Part shown: positions 29,543-37,760 of the stretch, in pieces | How positions within the stretch are numbered: the stretch's first letter is position 1 | Layout: the number at the start of each line of letters is the position of its first letter | Assembly: GCA_964452145.1 (NCBI GenBank) | Contig: CAYVLA010000002.1 | Coordinates: 59,754 to 117,932, forward strand | DNA: 58,179 nucleotides | Source of the DNA: Candidatus Hadarchaeota archaeon | GTDB taxonomy: Archaea > CAYQAE01 > CAYVLA01 | Reading direction: 5' to 3' | The notes under the pieces: model-generated | Told to the model about the DNA's origin: nothing | Seen by the model: the letters and a program-made list of their open reading frames with translations, nothing else | Databases searched by the model: none | Program-made: the position numbers and the translations under genes

Positions 29543-30271
29543 ATGAGACTGAACTACCGGATAAGCCTCTGGAACTACTTTCACTACCACGGTGTCGGCA
29601 CGCTGGAGAGCGTGATCGAGAGCGTAAGGAATGCGGGATATGGGGTTGAGATATGGCCCGGCTGGTTCGATGAGCAGAACCTTTTCGACCCCGCACATCG
29701 CTCGCGGCTGAAGGCGCTCATCGGAGACATCCCCTCCAGTATCCACGGCGGTGGCCCAGATACCATTGAGCATCACAGGCAACAGATCGACACGGCGGCG
29801 GACACCAACTGCGATGTGGTGGTGGTGCATAGCGGGCACATGAGGCTGGGACCGGGAGACCCTGACCTAGACTTCGCGCGCGAAGTGCTCGATCTGGCAA
29901 CGACACGTGGGATCGTCCTGGCTCTTGAGAACGGACCGTTGGAGACGCTTCTGCGGGCGACGCAGCATCTTGACGAGTTGGCCATATGCCTGGATGTCGG
30001 ACACGCCTACTTCAGTCCCGATCCGCTCAGGGCCTTCATAGATCGACTGAAGCACAAGATCTGCCATCTCCACCTGCAAGATATCTTGGAGGACTCCGAT
30101 CACTACGTTCCCGGAACAGGCAACATCCCGAGGGATGACTGGGAGTACCTCTTCCGGAATCTGGACGAGATCGGATTTGAAGGCGCATCGGTGCTGGAAA
30201 TACGGCCGAGGGACCCCCTCCAGCACGCCGCCCAAACGAGGCTCTTCCTGGATCAGTTACTCCCAACATGA
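29543..30271 (+). CDS. Sugar phosphate isomerase/epimerase (AP endonuclease 2 TIM barrel)
   Basis: LALEN, CLDVGH, HLHLQD, DHYVPGTG and VLE. GGAGG SD. Confidence 0.88.
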   Translation: MRLNYRISLWNYFHYHGVGTLESVIESVRNAGYGVEIWPGWFDEQNLFDPAHRSRLKALIGDIPSSIHGGGPDTIEHHRQQIDTAADTNCDVVVVHSGHMRLGPGDPDLDFAREVLDLATTRGIVLALENGPLETLLRATQHLDELAICLDVGHAYFSPDPLRAFIDRLKHKICHLHLQDILEDSDHYVPGTGNIPRDDWEYLFRNLDEIGFEGASVLEIRPRDPLQHAAQTRLFLDQLLPT

Positions 30272-30397
30272 TGGCGATGCGGAGCCGTGGCCGGGGCGAA
30301 GAAGGCAAGAGGTCGCCCAAGGTCGTGGTGAAGCGATGGATCGTCCTTCTCGGGACGAGACGCTGTCGGCAGGCTGGTCCGCAAGACCGCGAGGAGT

Positions 30398-30571
30398 CTA
30401 TCTGAAGTAGGGACAGGTCCGGCAGATCTTGGGAGGAGTTTTGGGGTCGATCTCCTTCGGGCAGTCCGGGAAAGTGCCCTGACAGCCAGGGAACCCCCTC
30501 CTTCTTATGGACTGAAACTTCCTCTCGGTAGGGCTTACAGATCTGGGACGAGTCTTCCTCTTGACCGTCAT
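30398..30571 (-). CDS. Small basic Cys-rich protein (57 aa)
   Basis: MTVKRKTRPRS...FPGCQGTFPDC...KICRTCPYFR. TTTTTAAG TATA about 24 nt upstream. Confidence 0.55.
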   Translation of the reverse strand: MTVKRKTRPRSVSPTERKFQSIRRRGFPGCQGTFPDCPKEIDPKTPPKICRTCPYFR

Positions 30572-30613
30572 CCAGCCCAACAGATATCGTGGGTCTTAAA
30601 AATCTACTGAATC

Positions 30614-30779
30614 GTACGTATTTAGCTCTGCCCGGGTTTCGGTCACGCACGGCTTGAATCCGGATGGGGGAGACTAAGCTTGGGCATTGGACCCTGTACC
30701 AAGAACGGGATCGGGACGCGAAGCGGAACCGACCAAAACCAAAACCAAAACCAAAACAACCCCAAAGCTAAATACGTAC
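30614..30779. mobile_element. 166-bp MITE-like cassette 1 with perfect 14-bp terminal inverted repeats
   Basis: GTACGTATTTAGCT (30614-30627) and AGCTAAATACGTAC (30766-30779), flanked by ACTGAATC direct repeats. Confidence 0.55.
30733..30756 (+). repeat. (CCAAAA)4 hexanucleotide tandem repeat
   Basis: ccaaaaccaaaaccaaaaccaaaa read directly. Confidence 0.95.
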
Positions 30780-30787
30780 ACTGAATC

Positions 30788-30931
30788 GTATGTACTTACC
30801 TCGCGTATGGTTGGCTCAAGCTGTGTGCGCCAATGACAACGGTGACCTGAGCCCAACCTCCCCAATTCCAAGGTGGAGTCTGGTCCGGGCCCTGACTGGG
30901 GCGGTAGTCTATGGGCCAGCCAGATACGTAC
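30788..30931. mobile_element. 144-bp MITE-like cassette 2 with degenerate versions of the same terminal arms
   Basis: GTATGTACTTACCT (11/14 match to the cassette 1 arm) and AGCCAGATACGTAC (12/14), flanked by ACTGAATC. Confidence 0.45.
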
Positions 30932-31092
30932 ACTGAATCGCGAATCACGGAACAACGGTTTCCCCTGATCCTAAGGGATTCTCAGGGCATCTTTCCGCGA
31001 CGATGGAGAGAGCAAGCCATTAATAAGGACACTTCCCGATCTCGGCCCTCGAACTTCTCGACTAGGGCTGGCCGAAGTAGGGGGATTCCTCC

Positions 31093-32151
31093 ATCCAAGA
31101 ATCAAGCAGCCCGATCCAACTGCTGGGACTGACGAAGGTGTTCACGGTCAAGAAGCCCCTCAAGGAGAAGGAGCTTGGCCCATTCAACCTGCTCAGACGA
31201 ACCTTGGTGAGGCAGAGAACAAAGGAGAAGCTCACCGCCGTGGATGGCGTAAGCTTCCAGGTGGGGCGGGGGGAGATCTTCGGTCTGCTCGGCCCCAACG
31301 GGGCCGGCAAGACCACCCTCATCAAGACCCTTTGCACCCTGCTGTGGCCGAACCGCGGCACTGCAACAATCAACGGCTATGACATAAGGAAACGGCCCAA
31401 GGAAGCGAGGCGGGCACTGGGTACGGTCCTGGACATACACATGGGCTGGTACGGGCGACTGTCCTGCCGCCAGAACCTGCTCTTCTACGGCCAGCTATTC
31501 GGCCTGCGGGGCCCCGCTCTGAAGGCGAAGGTCAAGGAGGTCATGGACTTCGTGGGGCTTTCCGACAAGTCGGATGAGTGGCAACAGAAGCTCTCAAGTG
31601 GCATGAAGAGGAAGCTGGATCTCGCTCGATGTCTCCTATCCGACCCCCCCGTTCTCCTGCTGGATGAGCCCACCCTGGCTTTGGACCCGAAGTCGGCCAG
31701 GGATCTGAGGAACACAGTGAGGGACAGCCTTTGCAGGCAGTTGGGAAAGACGGTTCTCTGGACCACCCACAACATGGAGGAGGCAAACAGGATATGTGAC
31801 CGCGTGGCCATCCTTCACAAAGGCAAGATCCTAGCGATCGGACGTCCCGACAACATCAGAGAGATGGCCAAGACCGCGAACGTAGCCGTGGCGGAGGTCA
31901 GCCGCTTCGATCGGTCGCTGATCCACGCCATCGAGGCCATCCCCCTGGTGAGATCGGTGAGAGACGAGGAATCCAAGAGATCTCCCGAACTCCGGACCCT
32001 TAGAATCGAGGTTGAGGAGAGGAGCGCGATCGCTGAGGTATCAGCCGCCATCATCGGCAGCGGTGCGGGCCTGTACTCGCTCACCATGGAGGAGGTATCC
32101 TTGGAGGATGCCCTGATCTGGATGACAGAGGAAGGCGGGGAGAAGAAATGA
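31093..32151 (+). CDS. ABC-2 exporter ATP-binding protein
   Basis: GPNGAGKT, LSSGMKRK, LLLDEPT and TTH. The first canonical start is GTG 31138, but homology appears to extend upstream to a possible ATC at 31093. Confidence 0.92.
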   Translation: MQESSSPIQLLGLTKVFTVKKPLKEKELGPFNLLRRTLVRQRTKEKLTAVDGVSFQVGRGEIFGLLGPNGAGKTTLIKTLCTLLWPNRGTATINGYDIRKRPKEARRALGTVLDIHMGWYGRLSCRQNLLFYGQLFGLRGPALKAKVKEVMDFVGLSDKSDEWQQKLSSGMKRKLDLARCLLSDPPVLLLDEPTLALDPKSARDLRNTVRDSLCRQLGKTVLWTTHNMEEANRICDRVAILHKGKILAIGRPDNIREMAKTANVAVAEVSRFDRSLIHAIEAIPLVRSVRDEESKRSPELRTLRIEVEERSAIAEVSAAIIGSGAGLYSLTMEEVSLEDALIWMTEEGGEKK

Positions 32152-32981
32152 GATCGATGCTGCTGCCAGCTTACCAGATGTATGCCTTCTTCAGGCGAGA
32201 TGCTATAAACACATCGAGCTACAAGCTCAACTTCGTCTTCTCCCTCGTAAGCATGTTTACATGGGCCATTACCTCCGGGATACTGGGCACCTTGACGGCG
32301 GCCTCCATGGCACCCTACATCGCCAGGTACGGAAACCAGAATGCCGCGACCTTCATGATGCTGGGCATGATGGTGAACATGTTCCTTCAGGTGAGCCAGA
32401 ATGCCCCGGTGTGGATCGCCAACCCGGGCCAGCTTGAGAGAATCATCCTTACTCCCTGCCCGATACCCGTCTTCGTCTTGGGAACCATGGGATGGGAGTA
32501 TCTCTGGAACATGCTATCCCTTCTGGTATTCATCGTCGCAGGAGCGGTGATGTTCGGCATGAACCTAGGGTCGGTGGATTGGGCCACATTTGCCGCGGTT
32601 CTGATGGTGGGCATCCTGTCCATGTGGGGGCTTGGCATCATCAGCGCGGCCATACAGCTGGTGACCAAACGGTGGGATCCCTTGAGCTGGATTCTCTCAA
32701 CTTTCTCTTTCATGATCTCCGGGGTCTTCTATCCGCCGGATGCGCTGCTTGCCGTCGACAAATCCGGCATATTGTACAGGATGGCATGGTTCCTGCCTCA
32801 CACCTATGTCTACCACATGGTGAGATTGGCATTCGGGGGGGCTCGATTGACCGATGCCGAGGTGCTCACACCCTTCCTGAAGCTCTCCTTGATGGCGTCT
32901 TGTCTCTTCGCCGTGGGATGGTACATCTTCAAGCTCTGTCTGAGGAGATGTCAGCTGGAGGGAAGCCTTGGGTGGGTCTGA
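32148..32981 (+). CDS. ABC-2 type permease
   Basis: Six TM helices, GQLERIILTP and ISGVFYP. ATGA overlap with the ATPase. Confidence 0.9.
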   Translation: MRSMLLPAYQMYAFFRRDAINTSSYKLNFVFSLVSMFTWAITSGILGTLTAASMAPYIARYGNQNAATFMMLGMMVNMFLQVSQNAPVWIANPGQLERIILTPCPIPVFVLGTMGWEYLWNMLSLLVFIVAGAVMFGMNLGSVDWATFAAVLMVGILSMWGLGIISAAIQLVTKRWDPLSWILSTFSFMISGVFYPPDALLAVDKSGILYRMAWFLPHTYVYHMVRLAFGGARLTDAEVLTPFLKLSLMASCLFAVGWYIFKLCLRRCQLEGSLGWV

Positions 32982-32988
32982 TAGGACT

Positions 32989-34296
32989 TTAGGCTAACTC
33001 CAAGTTCGCACACGCCTCCTCCAGAACCTTCAGGTCGGTTTCCTTGTGTGCAGCCGAGATCGACCCCCCGCCCTCTACTACGAAGATACCTCGGTTTGCC
33101 ATGGCGATCTTGAACCATCCCTGGAGGGCGCGGTCCGTCTTCTCCAGCACTTCCCTGAAGCTCCTCGGGGTGAAGCGATCCCCGTAGGCGAAGTGCGTCC
33201 TGAACAGCGACTCGATCCCTGTGCAGACCACGTATCGGTCCTTGACGGTGAGAGACTGTTGGATTATCCGTCTTGCCTTTCGGCCCATTCTGCCGAGTCG
33301 CAGGTAGAGATCCTTCCGGGAACTAAGGTAGCGGAGGGTCTCGAGGCCCGCAACCATCGTCAAGGGGTTGCACGAAAAGGTGCCGCCACCCATGCCAACT
33401 CCCGTTCCTTTCGCTCTTGTGGGATCGGATAGGTCCAGGATGTCCTGTCGGCCCACAACCGCACCGATGGGCATCCCGCCGCCCAGGATCTTGCCAAGCG
33501 TTGCTAGGTCGGGCGTGATGCCGAAGTACTCCTGGCCTCCGCCCAGCGAGAGTCTGAAGCCCGTTATCACCTCGTCAAAGATGAGTAGCGAAGAGGAGTC
33601 ATCCGCAGCCTCTCTGAGGGCGCGGAGATAGTCGATCTCGGCCGGGACGAAGCCTCCTGAGCCGAGAACGGGCTCTGCGATGATGGCCGCCAAGTCTTTC
33701 CGTTCCCTTCGGAGGCGATCAAGGCTGGCCTCAACATCGTTGTAGGGCAACGGTACGATGTTCTTCTGGGTTCCATCAGGGAGGCCGAGGGATTCAGGCA
33801 CATCCAGTGGCTCATGGACATAGGCGAGCAGATCGGTGTTGTACCCGTGCCATCCTCCTTCGATCTTTGCTATCTTGTTCCTTCCGGTGAAACCCCGCGC
33901 GAGGCGGCATGCATACATGGTTGCCTCGGCTCCGGTGTTGCAGAACCTGACCATCTCTGCGCATGGAACGGCCTCACTCACAAGCTGCGCCAGTTCAATC
34001 TGCAAGCTGTTCACAACTCCCCACTGGCAACCCGTCAGAACCTGCCTCCTCAGCGACCGAACAACCGGGCCTGGAGTGTGGCCCAGAATCAAGGCGCCGT
34101 GACCCATCCAGAAGTCCACGTACTCGTTGTCATCGACGTCCCAGATCCTCGATCCCTTAGCCCTTGCAGCGTAGAAGGGGTGAGGCGCGAAGTGTCGCAC
34201 CCCGTGGCAGACTCCTCCCGGAAACAGCTTCTTGGCCTTCTTGTAAAGCCTGGCCGAGGCCTTGGTTCGGGCTTGATACACCGTCTCCGCCTTCAT
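32989..34296 (-). CDS. Class III PLP aminotransferase (glutamate-1-semialdehyde aminomutase-like)
   Basis: WDVDDNEYVDF, LIFDEVITGFR, PDLATLGKILGGGMPIGA and GTFSCNP. Confidence 0.85.
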   Translation of the reverse strand: MKAETVYQARTKASARLYKKAKKLFPGGVCHGVRHFAPHPFYAARAKGSRIWDVDDNEYVDFWMGHGALILGHTPGPVVRSLRRQVLTGCQWGVVNSLQIELAQLVSEAVPCAEMVRFCNTGAEATMYACRLARGFTGRNKIAKIEGGWHGYNTDLLAYVHEPLDVPESLGLPDGTQKNIVPLPYNDVEASLDRLRRERKDLAAIIAEPVLGSGGFVPAEIDYLRALREAADDSSSLLIFDEVITGFRLSLGGGQEYFGITPDLATLGKILGGGMPIGAVVGRQDILDLSDPTRAKGTGVGMGGGTFSCNPLTMVAGLETLRYLSSRKDLYLRLGRMGRKARRIIQQSLTVKDRYVVCTGIESLFRTHFAYGDRFTPRSFREVLEKTDRALQGWFKIAMANRGIFVVEGGGSISAAHKETDLKVLEEACANLELA

Positions 34297-34318
34297 CCTT
34301 TCAACTCCGTAGCACCTG

Positions 34319-35350
34319 TCATAATCGGGCGGCATTGCCTGAGATCACCGGCCTTCCGGGACCTACGCCTCTTGCGTCATGTCGCACCGGCAGGTCAAGC
34401 ACGGTGGCGAGGCCGGCCGGGGCAGAAATGACCTGTTCCACGCTGTTGACCACCCGGCCCACGGTTGCCTTGTCCCCGTGTACTCCGCCCTCCATCACCA
34501 GATTCACTGACGGCTCGCCTTCTATCTTCACAGAGTCTCGCGGGTTCTCCACGCCAATGCTCATCTCCAAGAAGAGGCGGATTCTCGCGTCTTCTGCGTA
34601 TCCCACGGCTTCCTGTCTGAGTCCTCTGGTTTGCCCGGGGCGCACTAGGACGAAATCCGTTCTCTGTTCCCGCTCTGCGACGATGGGGAAGATGTCCTGC
34701 CTTATCTCGGTGAGCTCCCATCCTAGGGCGTAGGCGATCAATGCGCAGGACTCAAGGAGCCCCACATGGCCCATGGACCCCTCTCTGGCCCTCTTGAGGA
34801 AATCGGAAGGGTCCATCCCAAGGCCGATCTTCCTCTGGAGAGGTTCCCGCCGCTGCGAAGCTTCCACGACTCTGACAGCCTCGATGGAACGAACCGACTG
34901 GCAGACCCCGCATGCGAAAGCCGGGAGTGCATCCAACACGAAACCTGGGTTGACCCCTGTGCCAACTATGGTTACACCCTCCTTGCGGGCAAGCTCATCA
35001 ATCCTATCGGCGATGGTTGGGTGCCTCAGATAGGGATACGATAGCTCCTCGCAAGTGGAGATCACGTTGCAGCCGGCGCTGACCGCCTCGGTGAGCTGGG
35101 GGTAGATCTGCGCCAAGCGGGAGCCAGTTGAGTGGACAACCAAGTCACAGGATTTGGCTGCCTCAACGTCTAGCTTGCCCGATACGCGGACCCCGGCATC
35201 CTTCGGTCCCCCCAGAGACGCCAGCTTCCTCCCGATCTTGTTAGGATCGACGTCAACCGCGAAGACGACTCGATGGCCTTTGGCTCGAAGCGCTTGGGCG
35301 ATCATGATTCCTATGGAGCCGATTCCGTAAACGCCTACTCTCGCTGCCAT
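34319..35350 (-). CDS. 2,4-diaminopentanoate dehydrogenase-like/DapB-like NAD(P)-dependent amine dehydrogenase
   Basis: GIGSIG Rossmann motif, NVISTCEELSYP, GTGVNPGF, RREPLQRKIG and GDKAT. Confidence 0.82.
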   Translation of the reverse strand: MAARVGVYGIGSIGIMIAQALRAKGHRVVFAVDVDPNKIGRKLASLGGPKDAGVRVSGKLDVEAAKSCDLVVHSTGSRLAQIYPQLTEAVSAGCNVISTCEELSYPYLRHPTIADRIDELARKEGVTIVGTGVNPGFVLDALPAFACGVCQSVRSIEAVRVVEASQRREPLQRKIGLGMDPSDFLKRAREGSMGHVGLLESCALIAYALGWELTEIRQDIFPIVAEREQRTDFVLVRPGQTRGLRQEAVGYAEDARIRLFLEMSIGVENPRDSVKIEGEPSVNLVMEGGVHGDKATVGRVVNSVEQVISAPAGLATVLDLPVRHDARGVGPGRPVISGNAARL

Positions 35351-35448
35351 GCGGTCAGTCGTGACGCCGAGAGCTAATAAGAATCTTGCCCGAACGCAGG
35401 GAGTGGGGGCCAGGCCATGGCGCCGCAGAGGCCAATCCTTTCTTGACC

Positions 35449-35943
35449 TTAATGGCCGTTCCCCGGATTTCGGGGTATCCCGAGCTTCGTAAGCAGCTCG
35501 GTGTGTTCTTCTCGCGTGATCCAGGGCACGTCGAGGTATTCCGCGATCTCACTCTCCGCAAGGTTCAGACGCCTTGCCTCTTCGACGGCGATGGTCATGG
35601 CCTCGATCTCGGTGGGACGGTCAATGTATCGGTACCGATCATCGTAGAGTTCCAGACCTTGCCTGTGTTGTCTCACATGCGTGGTCTCATGGATGAGATC
35701 AAGGTACAAATGAAGCCAGTTGCCTTCACGGAGGTACTCCTTACCGATAGCGATGGAGCCATCATCATCCATCACCCTCATATACTTGGGCGTGCGACCG
35801 ACTCTGACTCTCACTGTGGCGATATCGCTGGTCGCATTCGGGAAGATCTTCGTCAGCGCAGGGGACTGGTCGAAGTTCGTGAAAATATCCAGAAGACGGT
35901 ATACGCCGTCAGGGATGTTCCGACGGATGTAGAACTCCTTCAA
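35449..35943 (-). CDS. Hypothetical zincin-like protein (HExxH)
   Basis: LIHETTHVRQ followed by a downstream PTEIEA. Confidence 0.65.
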   Translation of the reverse strand: MKEFYIRRNIPDGVYRLLDIFTNFDQSPALTKIFPNATSDIATVRVRVGRTPKYMRVMDDDGSIAIGKEYLREGNWLHLYLDLIHETTHVRQHRQGLELYDDRYRYIDRPTEIEAMTIAVEEARRLNLAESEIAEYLDVPWITREEHTELLTKLGIPRNPGNGH

Positions 35944-36128
35944 CTTGGACCGCTTGAGATACGGGAGGAGATATCTCTTTCCTGTCTGCGCCTATGCTTG
36001 TCTCAGATCGCAACTTGTATGGGTGGAACAGAGAGGCAACTGGATCTGTCGTCGGACCCATCCTGGATGGGTCCTGGAAAATCGACTAGGTCCGCCTCAT
36101 AGCTTCATGTCTTCGCGGGTTCAGATCC

Positions 36129-36404
36129 CTAGGGCAATATCTGGAAATGCGAGTAGTTCCCGGAGTAATCGAGCCATTTGATCTCCACGTTGGTGACTTT
36201 GGCCCATCTGGGGCCGTCGCGACAGACATCGATCATCTTGTCCAGTGCACGCTTGGGTCCCTCTAGCTCGCACTCAACCCTGCCGTCAGGGAGATTTCTC
36301 ACCCAGCCCTTGAGGCCCAGGGCCAACGCTTTCTCGCGGGTGAAATGTCTGAAGGAAACTCCTTGCACCCTTCCGGAGATGATGATGTGGGCCCGGGATC
36401 TCAT
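36129..36404 (-). CDS. acyP: Acylphosphatase
   Basis: ISGRVQGVSFR and GWVRNLPDGRVE signatures. Confidence 0.95.
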   Translation of the reverse strand: MRSRAHIIISGRVQGVSFRHFTREKALALGLKGWVRNLPDGRVECELEGPKRALDKMIDVCRDGPRWAKVTNVEIKWLDYSGNYSHFQILP

Positions 36405-36483
36405 TGCCGGATGCCGACTTCCAGTGCGGGAAGAAGATTAATAACGATTGCTACGGGCATCGTCACTATCGAGGCTGTGGAGG

Positions 36484-37140
36484 ATGCGAAGATTCGTAGC
36501 GATTCTGACGGTCATGTCCCTCGTCTGTCTGCCTTGGGTTCCGTGCATATTGGCCGATGAAGGCAGCTGGACGAACATGTCATTGGACGAGAAGATCGTC
36601 GTCCTAGAGGCCAATCTAAGCTTGGTCCAGAGACAGCTGGATACCGCCCTGAAGAGGACGACGAACCTCATGAGCCGACTTGACGAACTGGAGCGTAGAA
36701 TCTTGGGAAACATGAGCAACTTCCTTGCTTTTGCGGCGCCCTCGCCACCGGCGGAATTCAGGGTCCAAAGGATCAAACGCTCGACCGGGGGTAACTACAG
36801 TGTAACCCTGCGTTGGAGCAATAACCCCGCCTATGAGAAGGTAACAAGCTTCGTTGTCTGGTGGGGAGAGCACGGAGGGGGTTACGTGCAGGGTGTATCA
36901 TTTAACCAGACCGGCGAGACCGTGATAAGAGGTAAGATCGATGGCTTCCAAGCGGGCAACAAGATGGTGTTCAAGATCTTTGCCCGAAACACCGCGGGCC
37001 AGAGCAACCCCAGCTACAGAGAGGCTGTTATCCGGGGCTACGCCCCGGAGTTGATGAGGTGGGGAAAAGTCCTAGCACTGGTTGCAGTGGTGCTGATCGT
37101 AGGCATCATTGCATGGGTGCGGTTGGTCCGGACGGCCTGA
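36484..37140 (+). CDS. Cell-surface protein: signal peptide, coiled coil, fibronectin type III domain, C-terminal TM
   Basis: PSPPAEFRV..VTLRW..FKIFARNTAGQS FN3 pattern with a heptad region before it. Confidence 0.72.
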   Translation: MRRFVAILTVMSLVCLPWVPCILADEGSWTNMSLDEKIVVLEANLSLVQRQLDTALKRTTNLMSRLDELERRILGNMSNFLAFAAPSPPAEFRVQRIKRSTGGNYSVTLRWSNNPAYEKVTSFVVWWGEHGGGYVQGVSFNQTGETVIRGKIDGFQAGNKMVFKIFARNTAGQSNPSYREAVIRGYAPELMRWGKVLALVAVVLIVGIIAWVRLVRTA

Positions 37141-37191
37141 TCTCGGCGTTAACAGGCGGGTCATCAAGAGCGATCCATCTCGGTTCGCCGG

Positions 37192-37212
37192 AGGGGGACC
37201 GATCCCCCCTTT
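37192..37212 (+). terminator. Hairpin followed by a short T run downstream of the FN3 gene
   Basis: GGGGGA-CCGA-TCCCCC followed by CTTT. Confidence 0.4.
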
Positions 37213-37472
37213 CGCCCATATCGCAGCACACTAACCGTGGGGGCCGGAGGATGAGGCCCGGATTTGACCTTGGAGGAGCCCTTCGAGATCCGCAAGCTGA
37301 TCGGTATTGCCGGACGTTCAAGGACGAGATGAAGCAAGAAAGGGACCATAAGCCTATCGGATTCGACGCATACAAGTGAGTTCCCGGAGGCATGGACAGA
37401 TCATTCCGCTGAGGTCGCAGGCATGACGCACATGTGCCTAGAGGTCGCTGGTTCGGTGCTTCGCTGGAATAC

Positions 37473-37480
37473 TTTTATAA
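37473..37480 (+). promoter_or_regulatory. Putative TATA box upstream of ssb
   Basis: TTTTATAA, the only strong TATA-like motif I saw in the 620-bp intergenic region. Confidence 0.5.
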
Positions 37481-37760
37481 GTACGCGTGCCGAATTCTGG
37501 CCGAAAGGTTCGCTAGTCGGGGTTGAGTCGATCGAGATCATGTTAGGTCATTCCCGCGCGAGAAGGCGGACGCACGCATGAATGCTTTGGCTTCGACGGA
37601 GCAAGACCCCGCTTCTGTTCAGGGTTTGGACGTTGCCTTCGGTGTTGCTGCCTGTGCTCACGTCGTCATGGTTCGGGCAAGGATTGTTTTCGACACGTTG
37701 CAGGCCAGACTTGGCCCAGCCCTAGTGCGAGCCTAGGTACAATGCAAGGGAGGTGAGACT

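Larger units (their letters stand above)
30606..30939. repeat. Three direct copies of the 8-bp core ACTGAATC (30606-30613, 30780-30787, 30932-30939) with flanking 14-bp inverted arms
   Basis: Read directly from the sequence. ATACGTACACTGAATCG is identical at 30772-30788 and 30924-30940. Confidence 0.9.

Noticed and set aside
30606..30939. CRISPR array interpretation of the three repeats
   Set aside because: Only 8-17 bp are identical, the spacers are 144-166 bp, and there are no cas genes in the window. This does not fit CRISPR geometry.
30674..30955. 93-aa minus-strand ORF with VLVLVLVL
   Set aside because: The hydrophobic run is simply the translated hexamer repeat, and the ORF crosses the cassette boundaries.
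31078..31080. TAG readthrough (pyrrolysine) to extend the ABC ATPase
   Set aside because: Further in-frame stops and no start codon lie upstream. TAG is used as an ordinary stop by many genes here.
32989..34296. Assigning the symbol hemL
   Set aside because: Substrate-site motifs deviate and the context is not tetrapyrrole biosynthesis.
37455..37581. Frame reading VLRWNTFIST...IEIMLGHS, reminiscent of tyrosine recombinase box II
   Set aside because: No HxxR, wrong spacing, no catalytic Tyr and no long upstream ORF. It overlaps the ssb TATA box and is probably coincidence.
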